Source: a virus. From it: a stretch of 64,000 bases of DNA. The notes beneath the pieces are model-generated. The model saw only the letters and a list, made by a program, of their open reading frames with translations. It did no database searches and had not been told where the DNA came from. The position numbers and the translations under genes are program-made. Shown one piece after another: positions 36,774 to 45,700 of the stretch. The stretch is from the IMG/VR virus record IMGVR_UViG_3300034375_010798; one strand, given 5' to 3'. Every line of letters starts with the position of its first letter. Position 1 is the first letter of the stretch.

Positions 36774-37536
36774 GTCATTTATAGATAGATATGTTTTTAT
36801 GCATTCTAATAGAATAGATCCTGCAACAAAAGTTCCAGTTATTTTATCTAATAAAGAAAAAGTTGACACTGATGGCGGTGCCGCTAATTTGATTAAACAT
36901 CTAAATTTTCTCTTTAAAGAAAACAAATACCATGAAATAGCTTTTTATACAAATGAAGATAAAATAATTAAAGAGAGATTTTATATAGACCATAACCCCA
37001 TATATAGGTTTGATCATGGAGATAGTGTAAAACATAACAAAGGAATGGTTCAAAATTTAATAAATGATTTAAATGAAGGTGATTTCCTTGTAATATCAAA
37101 CTATCATAAAGGATTAATAACAGATTATGAAATAAACTTACTAATAAAAGAAGCTAAAAATAAAAACATAACTTCTTTTATAGATACAAATATAGTAAAT
37201 AGTGAATATTATGGCGCTGATTATCTAAAAATAAATAATAAAACATTTTTAGAATATGAAAAAGATTATAGAGATGATATTAGCAAATATTTTCCTAATG
37301 TAATTGTTACATTAGGTATTGAAGGATACAAATATTATGGATATAGCCATATTTTACAAAACGGCGGTGGTCATACAAAATATGATTTTATAGATAGTAT
37401 TGGTGCGGGTGACTCTTTCTTTGCATCATTTATATATAATATTGTATGTGAAAAAAACATATATGATTCATTAAAAGAAGCAGATAATTATGCTGCTGAG
37501 AATTGTAAGAAACTTGGAACATTAAGTTTAAATTAG
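36748..37536 (+). CDS. PfkB-family sugar kinase, HldE/RfaE (heptose-7-phosphate kinase) domain-like
   Basis: 262 aa; IGESFIDRY...RIDP...VPVI...GGAANL, KERF, ISNYHKG and DSIGAGDSF follow the HldE kinase pattern; no adenylyltransferase domain. Confidence 0.8.
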   Translation: MKKLHVIGESFIDRYVFMHSNRIDPATKVPVILSNKEKVDTDGGAANLIKHLNFLFKENKYHEIAFYTNEDKIIKERFYIDHNPIYRFDHGDSVKHNKGMVQNLINDLNEGDFLVISNYHKGLITDYEINLLIKEAKNKNITSFIDTNIVNSEYYGADYLKINNKTFLEYEKDYRDDISKYFPNVIVTLGIEGYKYYGYSHILQNGGGHTKYDFIDSIGAGDSFFASFIYNIVCEKNIYDSLKEADNYAAENCKKLGTLSLN

Positions 37537-37591
37537 GTTTTTAATATATTAAAATATAATGTATACATAAACCTTTAAAGGAGATAATAAG

Positions 37592-37888
37592 ATGTCATTA
37601 AGTGTAGATGGAATTATTGAAAAGCGTCGAGGGCAGATGCAAGCAGTAGGTGAGATTCAAGAACAATTGAACGAAGCCCAAACAAGAGCTAATAATCTTC
37701 AACAGTCACTCATTCTAAATCAAGGAGCACTATTACAGTTAAACGCTCTATTAGAAGAATCTGGTGTTAACTTGGAAGAGTTGGATGCACAAGAACAACA
37801 AAGTGGTCAAGAGCCATTAGAAATGCAAGATGTTCAGACTATTGACACTACAGATGGTGATTCTGAAGAGGGTGATGAAAGTTTGTAA
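37592..37888 (+). CDS. Hypothetical coiled-coil protein with acidic tail
   Basis: 98 aa; AAGGAG RBS; Q/L/E-rich heptads. Confidence 0.7.
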   Translation: MSLSVDGIIEKRRGQMQAVGEIQEQLNEAQTRANNLQQSLILNQGALLQLNALLEESGVNLEELDAQEQQSGQEPLEMQDVQTIDTTDGDSEEGDESL

Positions 37889-37910
37889 TATTTATTAAAA
37901 AATATGTAGT

Positions 37911-37938
37911 TTGACAAAAAAAGAAGTATATTTATAGT
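37911..37938 (+). promoter_or_regulatory. Candidate promoter for the sheath operon (TTGACA-16-TATAGT overlapping TATTTAT)
   Basis: Perfect -35 TTGACA at 37911, TATAGT at 37933 and TATTTAT at 37929, within a 188-nt intergenic gap. Confidence 0.45.
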
Positions 37939-38076
37939 AGAAGTTTTCGGTTTTAAAGTATTGCTATAAGTAACTTCTTTTTTTTATTTTAGCTAAAACT
38001 TGTATATCTTACTTTTAGAAAAACTAAAATTATATACAATTATATATTAAACACATATATTTCTTGGAGAATATTA

Positions 38077-40716
38077 ATGGCTCAAGTATTTGTATCTCCC
38101 GGTGTGTATACTCAAGAAATCGACCAGACATTTAGACCAAATGTAGGTGGTGGTGGTGTTGGTGGTGCGGCTATTATAGGTCTTAGTGAAAAAGGACCAG
38201 CCTTTGTGCCAGTAAGTTTTACCAACGCAAACACTTTTGCCAACAGATTTGGTGTAAAAACTGACGGTGCAGAGGGTTATACATATCAGGCGGTTAACGC
38301 TTATATGAATGAAGGTAATAGAACTACCTTTGTTAGAGTTTTAGGTAAAGATTCTGCCACTATGGGAAAAGCTGGTTTATTGGCATTCCCAGCCGCTGGA
38401 TCGGCTACAGCTTTGGATGACGTTAATAATGTAATATTAGGTATCGTTAGACAAAGAACTGGAACAGACACTATATCTATTAAAGGAAAAGCTGAGAATT
38501 TTGAATTAGTGGTTGGTTCATCAACAGCAAGTGGTCTAAGTATGGACCCACAAGCTGATGGTTTTATAATTAATAGATTGGGAACAGATGCAGTTAATGC
38601 TGATTCATCTAGCCCTCTTCCAGATGTCTTTGTTGATACTGTTTATGGATATGGCGTATCTAGTGTTACAGGTGAGATAGCTAATGGCTCCTCCGCGGTA
38701 GATGTTTCAGTTGATTTTGATTCAATCGGGGGTGGTTTTTCAGAAGCAGGAACTCCTTGGGTGGTTTCTCAGAACTTAGGAAATTCAGTATCTAATCTTT
38801 TTAGATTTCATTCAATTGGTTCTGGTGACGCTGAAAACAAAAGCATGTATGTTCAAATATCAAATGTTGAAGAGAATGAGGCAGATGAATGGCCTACATT
38901 TGATGTAACTGTTGTTGGTATTACAGCAAATCAAGGAACAAATCCCGGATTTACAGATGCTGGTTGGTCAAAATCTTTTGGTAGTGTATCATTAAATCCC
39001 GAAGCATCTAATTACATAGCTAAAGTTGTTGGTGACGCTTATCCAGTGTATGATTTCAGTGAAACACCACCATTAGTAACATACAATGGTGAGTATCAAG
39101 TAACAAATAATTATGTTAGAGTTGAAGTAGCTAATAATATAACATCTTCACACAAGCCAGCTGGCGCTCGTGGAATATCTAGCATTGAGTATAATGTTGG
39201 TAATTCTGTTGCAATTGCTCCATTGTCATATACATTAAATCATAATTCAATTGGTGGTGGGCTAGAAGGATTAATTGGTATTGATTATTCAGACAACGGT
39301 ATGGTTGATAGACTTAAGAAAACATCAACAACTGTTGGTTCATCAACAGCTACAGACGCATTAGTTACAGAAAAGGGTTATTTGACAGTTTCTGGAACTG
39401 GCGAAGGTGGTGTGTTGAATCTTACTGAACAAACAGTGTCATATAACTTTGCGGCCACAGCTGCAAACACGCACACTATTACTCTTAGTGCAACATATGA
39501 TGTATCAGCTGATGATAAAATAACTATCTCAGGCGCAGATGCGCCGGGTGAACTCATCGGAACGTTTACTGTCTTTGGCCAGTTGGGCTCGAATGTAATT
39601 GCTATTGCGAATGATGAGGATGGATCGGCCCAAGCTAGCTCGACCGGCTCTAATATTGCTGGATTGAGTGTTACAATTGAATATTCTTCAAAAACAAATA
39701 ATATAACAGAGTTTGAAATAATTGATACAACACAGAATACAACTCAATTTAATCAAAATGATTTAATTAGGTTTAATGTTCCATTTACGGGTGGTTTTGA
39801 TGGTTTTGATTATAGAACTGATAAAGTCAAAGCTCTTAATGCATCAACAGATAGTTTAAGTGCCTCATATATTGACGCAATTAATATTCTAAGCAATCCA
39901 GATATTTATGATTTTGATATCTTGGCAACACCCGGTGTTCACAGTGCAAATGTTGGTGAAATTCCACAATTAGCCATTAATATGGTTAAGGGTAGAGGTG
40001 ATGCATTTTATCTATTAGATATTGGAACAGACGCTTCTGATATGGACGCTAATGGTAGAATGTCTATATCATCTGCTTTATCCGAGGTGGCAAAATATGA
40101 CAGCAGTTATGCTGCTACATATTATCCTTGGATTAGATTTCAAGGTAAAGTAATTCCTCCATCAATTCAAATGTTAGGTGTATATGCATTTAATGACAGA
40201 GCTGGTGGTCCTTGGTATGCACCTGCAGGGTTTAGAAGAGGATCTCTTCGTGGTGGTATTACTCCAACAAGACCTTTGACACAATCTCAGAGAGATGAAT
40301 TATACAAGGAAAATATCAATCCAATTTCTTCATTTACAAATCAAGGATCAGCTGTTTTCGGCCAGAAGACATTGCAGAGTAAGGCATCTGTTCTTGATAG
40401 AGTTAATGTTAGAAGAATGTTATTAAGTGTTAGAAAAGACATTTCAAGAATTGCTCGCACATTCTTGTTCGAGCAGAACTCAGCCACAGTTAGAGAACAA
40501 CTACTAAATAGAGTTAATAATGTTCTATCTAGTGTTCAATCAGCCAATGGTTTAACAGAGTTCAGAGCTATTCTTGATGAAACAACAACAACACCCGATT
40601 TGATTGATAGAAATATTATGATGGGTAAGATCTTCCTAAAGCCAACAAGTGCTGCAGAAGTTATTGTCTTTGATTTTACAGTATCTCCTCAAGGCGCGAG
40701 CTTTGATGAGGTTTAA
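38077..40716 (+). CDS. Contractile tail sheath protein
   Basis: 879 aa; SPGVYTQEID, AIIGLSEKGP, FVRV, YAATYYPW, WYAPAGFRRG, LYKENINPI, FGQKTL, LDRVNVRRML, KPTSAAEVI are canonical gp18-like motifs. Confidence 0.97.
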   Translation: MAQVFVSPGVYTQEIDQTFRPNVGGGGVGGAAIIGLSEKGPAFVPVSFTNANTFANRFGVKTDGAEGYTYQAVNAYMNEGNRTTFVRVLGKDSATMGKAGLLAFPAAGSATALDDVNNVILGIVRQRTGTDTISIKGKAENFELVVGSSTASGLSMDPQADGFIINRLGTDAVNADSSSPLPDVFVDTVYGYGVSSVTGEIANGSSAVDVSVDFDSIGGGFSEAGTPWVVSQNLGNSVSNLFRFHSIGSGDAENKSMYVQISNVEENEADEWPTFDVTVVGITANQGTNPGFTDAGWSKSFGSVSLNPEASNYIAKVVGDAYPVYDFSETPPLVTYNGEYQVTNNYVRVEVANNITSSHKPAGARGISSIEYNVGNSVAIAPLSYTLNHNSIGGGLEGLIGIDYSDNGMVDRLKKTSTTVGSSTATDALVTEKGYLTVSGTGEGGVLNLTEQTVSYNFAATAANTHTITLSATYDVSADDKITISGADAPGELIGTFTVFGQLGSNVIAIANDEDGSAQASSTGSNIAGLSVTIEYSSKTNNITEFEIIDTTQNTTQFNQNDLIRFNVPFTGGFDGFDYRTDKVKALNASTDSLSASYIDAINILSNPDIYDFDILATPGVHSANVGEIPQLAINMVKGRGDAFYLLDIGTDASDMDANGRMSISSALSEVAKYDSSYAATYYPWIRFQGKVIPPSIQMLGVYAFNDRAGGPWYAPAGFRRGSLRGGITPTRPLTQSQRDELYKENINPISSFTNQGSAVFGQKTLQSKASVLDRVNVRRMLLSVRKDISRIARTFLFEQNSATVREQLLNRVNNVLSSVQSANGLTEFRAILDETTTTPDLIDRNIMMGKIFLKPTSAAEVIVFDFTVSPQGASFDEV

Positions 40717-40780
40717 TAACTAGTCAAATTTTTACTTATGATTGTATTTATATTAAATGCAATACAAACGGAGATAAATA

Positions 40781-41275
40781 ATGGCAACACCATTTGAAGT
40801 AAATGTAATGTTGGCAGATACATTTGAACCCAAAAGGCAGAATAGATTTATCTTTCAGTTCGCTGATGATACAATCCCTGCTTTTGTGGCTCGCACAACA
40901 TCTAGACCTACTTACACTGCCGCTCCAATCACTATTGATTATTTAAATCAGAAGAGATATTTGGCTGGTAAGGGTGAGTGGGGAACAATTTCTATGTCAC
41001 TATATGATCCAATCGCTCCATCTTCAGCTCAGAAGGTTATGGAGTGGGTTAGACTTCAACATGAGACCATCTCTGGTCGTGACGGATATGCAGCCTTCTA
41101 TAAGAAGAACATTTCACTAAAGGCTCTAGATCCAGTAGGAGCTACAGTTGAAGAGTGGGATCTACGTGGGTGTTGGTGCACAGAGGTTAACTTTGGCGCA
41201 TATGATATGGCCAATGGCGAACCAATGAATGTCGATATCACAATTAGACCTGATGATTGTATATTAAGATTTTAA
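40781..41275 (+). CDS. Tail tube protein (T4 gp19-like)
   Basis: 164 aa directly after the sheath; FEPKRQNRF, YLAGKGEW, VMEW, YKKNI, EEWDLRGCW. Confidence 0.92.
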   Translation: MATPFEVNVMLADTFEPKRQNRFIFQFADDTIPAFVARTTSRPTYTAAPITIDYLNQKRYLAGKGEWGTISMSLYDPIAPSSAQKVMEWVRLQHETISGRDGYAAFYKKNISLKALDPVGATVEEWDLRGCWCTEVNFGAYDMANGEPMNVDITIRPDDCILRF

Positions 41276-41298
41276 TTCTTACTTACAATTAATTCTTA

Positions 41299-41337
41299 TA
41301 AAAACATCCCTTGAAAAATTCAAGGGATGTTTTTTTT
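41299..41337 (+). terminator. Rho-independent terminator after the tube gene
   Basis: AAAACATCCCTTGA / TCAAGGGATGTTTT perfect stem followed by a T run. Confidence 0.9.
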
Positions 41338-41388
41338 GTATAAAAGATAATTAAATTTTATTAAAATTAACTAAATAATTATTTTTAT

Positions 41389-42249
41389 ATGAAAGGAATT
41401 AATATTATGGCCGAAGATATTACAGCTGGGGTAGAATCTATATCTCCCCCGCAAGATAAAAAAACAGAAAAGCCAGATAGTGGTAATAAAGCTGGTTTTT
41501 CTGTTCCTACTGATTTTGTTCCGATACCATCTAAGGGAGTTATATATCCTCCAGAGTCATCATTGCATATGAAGGAACAACTTGAAGTAAGATTTCTAAC
41601 AGCTTCAGATGAGGATATTTTAACATCTCGTTCTTTACTTAGAAGTGGTAAGGCGTTAGATTACCTATTGTCAAGTTGTATTGTTGATAAAACAATTAAA
41701 GTAGATGAGATGATTTCTGGTGATAAAAACGCAATCTTAACCTTTTTAAGAATTACTGGTTACGGTCCAGAATACAAAACAGAAATAAGGTGTTCTTCAT
41801 GCTCTAATGATGTGGAGTATGATTTTGATTTAGGTAATGTAGGTGTAAAAGATTTAGAAATACAACCAGAACAAAAGGGAGATAACAGATTTAAGTTTGA
41901 TACTCCTTCTGGTGTTTCTATTGAGTTTAAGTTTTTAAACACTGCAGAAGAAAGACAAATCTCTGAACTTCAAGAAAAAATGAAGAAAGCTACAAACTCT
42001 CCATTAGATCAAAACATAACAATAAGATTGAAGAATCATATTATAAGTGTTAATGGTGATGCTGACAAAGAGATTATTAATAAGTATGTTGAAAATATGC
42101 CGGTAAGAGATTCAAGATCTATTAGAAAATATATTGAAGATCACGAACCAGATCTGGATATGAAGCAGGATTTTTCTTGTCCGCACTGTGGTAATTCTGA
42201 GGAGGTAGAGATGCCCATCTCTGTTTCGTTTTTTTGGCCTGACAGCTAA
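41389..42249 (+). CDS. Tail/baseplate-hub assembly chaperone (gp26-like, two CxxC)
   Basis: 286 aa (start may be the ATG at 41407); IPSKG..YP, LTASDEDILTS, GDKNAIL...RITGYGPEY, CSSC and CPHC; ends FFWP; lies between tube and tape measure. Confidence 0.8.
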   Translation: MKGINIMAEDITAGVESISPPQDKKTEKPDSGNKAGFSVPTDFVPIPSKGVIYPPESSLHMKEQLEVRFLTASDEDILTSRSLLRSGKALDYLLSSCIVDKTIKVDEMISGDKNAILTFLRITGYGPEYKTEIRCSSCSNDVEYDFDLGNVGVKDLEIQPEQKGDNRFKFDTPSGVSIEFKFLNTAEERQISELQEKMKKATNSPLDQNITIRLKNHIISVNGDADKEIINKYVENMPVRDSRSIRKYIEDHEPDLDMKQDFSCPHCGNSEEVEMPISVSFFWPDS

Positions 42250-42436
42250 TACACCACAAAAACATTTTCAGATAATAAAAGAAAATATATTAAATGATAT
42301 TTTTGTTTGTGTTCATTATGGCAATATGACTTTTTCAGATTGTTATAATTTACCAGTTTATTTAAGAAGATGGTGGGTTAAGAAAATAGTTGATATAAAA
42401 GAAGCTGAAAACAAAGCTAATCAACAATCTCAATAA
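42236..42436 (+). CDS. Frameshift-accessed extension of the tail assembly chaperone (G/GT-like; missing from the ORF track)
   Basis: 66-codon open +1 frame (GLTANTPQ...HYGNMTFSDCYNLPVYLRRWWVKK...Q) starting right after a T7 run at 42229-42235, with no ATG or RBS of its own at the 5' end. Confidence 0.7.
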   Translation, partial: GLTANTPQKHFQIIKENILNDIFVCVHYGNMTFSDCYNLPVYLRRWWVKKIVDIKEAENKANQQSQ

Positions 42437-42479
42437 AAATACCCCTTAGTATTCTATTTTTCTATACTAAGGGGTATTT
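42437..42479. terminator. 16-bp perfect hairpin (terminator-like) overlapping a TATTTAT motif
   Basis: AAATACCCCTTAGTAT (42437-42452) / ATACTAAGGGGTATTT (42464-42479), 11-nt loop, immediately after the stop of the frameshift ORF. Confidence 0.7.
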
Positions 42480-42509
42480 ATTATATGTTATGTATGCAAT
42501 GGAGATACA

Positions 42510-42719
42510 ATGATGGGAAAATTAGGAATTCTAGCTAGAATAATGAAAAAACTTAGTGGTTTATCAGATAAAGAATTTGAAGCTCTTCGTAAAGCTTATC
42601 AAGAGGGCGACAGAATTGAAAGAGAAATGAGAAAAACACCACAAGGTAGAATGAAGTTAAAAACATTAATGCGTCAAATCAAGAATAAAAAGATAGATAG
42701 ATTATCTCAAAACAGATAA
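42510..42719 (+). CDS. Small basic hypothetical protein
   Basis: 69 aa; GGAG RBS; upstream TATTTAT motif. Confidence 0.65.
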   Translation: MMGKLGILARIMKKLSGLSDKEFEALRKAYQEGDRIEREMRKTPQGRMKLKTLMRQIKNKKIDRLSQNR

Positions 42720-42725
42720 TTAATA

Positions 42726-45700
42726 ATGGCTGATATTTCATTAACATTATCAAATCTTCAAGATACTGTAGAGAAAACTTCTTTCTCTATAAAAACGTTA
42801 GACTCTGCCTTTTCAGAAATGTCAGAAGTTTTGAAAGGTCATGTTGATAATGTTGATAAATCAACAAAAAAACAAGAAGACGCAATAAAGAGACAGCAAC
42901 AAGCTGTAGATAAACTAACCAGAAGTATACAAAACAATCTAAGTTCTATAACAAATGAATTTACAAAACAAATACCAATTATAGGTAAGTCATTACAAAA
43001 TGGTATAGACTCTATTCTAAAAGGTATGCAAAGACCTCTTGAAGCATTAAGTAGATTTGTTTTAGGTAATAAAAATTTAAGTGGTGTTTTAACAGCCGCA
43101 GGAGGTGGTCTTTTAGCTTCTGCGGCTCTTATTTTTAAAGAGTTTCAAAAGATAGAAAATGCTGTTGTTAGTATCTCTAAACAAACTGGGTTTTATGGTC
43201 AACAGTTAAAAAATGTTAGAGATATGACAATAGAAGCCTATAAGGGTAATTTACAGTTTGGCATAAGTATGGAAAAAAATGCCAAGGCAGCTGTGGGATT
43301 AGTAACTGCTCTTGGTTCCCAAAGAAGACTAACTCAAGATCTCATAAAATTTAATGCGCAGTTGGCTGATTATACTGGTTTGTCAGCAGATCAAACTGGT
43401 AAACTGATGTCCACTATGATTAAAGGTTTTGGTATGACAACTAATCAAGTCAAAAACTTTATTGGACAATTAGCTACAGCCACCGCAGGTGGTCAAGCTA
43501 CTGCTACTATAATAAGAGATATGGCAGCTAATTCAAATCTTGTAGCAATGCATGCGGCAAAGGGAGCACAATACCTATTAGATATGTCGGCTTATTCAAG
43601 ACTAACAAATGTCAATATGAATAAGATGCAGAGTATGACAGATGTTTTTCTAAACTTTGATAGCGGAACAGAATTAATTAATAAATTAAATGTTGCATTT
43701 GGTGGAAGCTTAAACTCTATGGAAATGTTTAGTAAAGCTATGAAAGGCGATGTTGTCGGCGTAATGAATGATCTTCATGGGTTATTATCTTCCCCTCAAG
43801 GATTAAGGACGCTTCAGATGTATCCGGGTTATGCTAGACAATTAGGTCAACAACTTGGTATGAATTATGATGAAATGCTAAAAATAGCTAGAATGACTAA
43901 ATCTGATTTAGAATTAGCTAAACAACAACAAGGTGAACAAGCCAAAATAAATGATATACTAAGAGAACAAAGAACCACTTTTGAGAACATGAAAAACACA
44001 CTAATATCTGAGTTTTTACCCGGATTTACTAATTTAGCTCAAAGAGCTATGACTATGATTAAACCTCTTAAACAAGGTATGTTATATGTTAGAGATATGT
44101 ATAGAGGTCTTAGAAGTGTTATGGGTGGCAGTGATGTTGCAGCTATTAGCACTATAGCTGTTGCTATTCCTACTCTCGTTACAGTAGTTAAAGCATTAGT
44201 TGGAAGAGGAGTATCTAGATTAGCGCCAATGTATGTAAGTGTGGTTAATGGTGGTGGTGTTGGTGGTGGTGTTGGTGGTGGTGTTGGTGGTGGAAGAATA
44301 GGAAAAGCAGGTATGGGTGTTGCGGCTGTAGGCACAGCTGCCGCAGCAACATCTTTCCTTGGTGGTGACGTTATTGATCAAACTTTGAGTTTATTAACTA
44401 TGGTTGCTCCATTTTTTGGACCAAAGGGTATGGCTATTGCTGCAGCAGCTGCCGGTTTGGGTATGTTAAAGAATATGTATATTGATAAGGCTGCTACGGG
44501 CCGGGTTGTTGGTAGTCCTTCATTATTTATGGTTGGTGAAGAGAACAGAAGAGAGGTTATAATTCCCACAGAAAGAATAAGAAATGGTATGCCAGTATCT
44601 TCAGATGTTGCCAACGAACTTGCCTCTATTGGTGTTCCCGGTTTCTTTGATGGAGGCTTTGTAAGCTCCGGTAATAGAACTATATACGGAAACAGAAATC
44701 GTGGAGTTGTTAGTGATGCCGGTAGTTTTGCGGAACAAACAAGAAGAGAACAAGAGGCGATGGCCATAAATAGAGCTTATAGAAGAGATTTAAAAGCTCA
44801 ACATGATGAAAGATTGTCAGTGTTAATGGATATTGAAAGAAACACTGGTGATGGTGGTGTATTAGGTGGCGGTCGTGGAGCTGGTAGTAGTTTAGGAGGG
44901 TTAAGATTACCCGGAGCTTATAGAGGAACAGATTTTAGTCCACTTACAGATCCTATTAAAGATCTACCTAAGAATTTTATGGAAGGTTTTAAAGATGGTT
45001 TTGTAAGAGAATATCAAGAGTGGCGAAAAAGCTTAACAGGTGATTATCGTCAAACTGTTGAGTTACTACATAATATGTATGATATGTGGGGTGAATATAA
45101 AAGAGATGGTTGGAATGCTGTAGGTAGATATATAGCAACAAATAAAGGTATGGAACAAAGATTAGACTGGATTGTTAGTAATATAGGTAATGAGGGTTCA
45201 TTCTTGGATAGGAACTCTATGGCTATTACACAAGGTATAAGAGCCATGTCAATGTCTAGAGTGTTGGATAACAATTGGAAAAAGTCTATTGGAATAGGTC
45301 TTAGCACAGCTTTATTATCGGCTGGAAGATATGGAACACAAAAAATATTCAACAATAGACAGGCAGCTCGTGCACGCCAAGCAAATAGAAATGAGTTAAA
45401 TGATCCAAGTGCAATGCTTATGAACAATACAACTCGAAGAGGGTTAGCGGCATATGGTAGAGGAAGATATGGCGATCCATATAGTTTTACAGATTATAGA
45501 AACCAATTACTCGGAGCAGGTATGTTTGGTCTTGGTGGTTCTGGCCTCGAGCTACTAAGCTCAAGGCCCGATGAGATTCGTCGTATAGCAGACCGAGAAC
45601 AAACTGGTAGTGGGAAAGGTTGGTTAGATCGACCTTGGGGTGCGTTTACCGAAAAGGTGGGATCTGACGCGCGCGGTGTATCAAATTATCTTAAAAACAG

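Noticed and set aside
44250-44293. (GGTGGTGGTGTT)n tract in the tape measure gene, with a similar tract at about 38146
   Set aside because: Explained as a Gly-rich linker with slippage; no evidence for a DNA-level function
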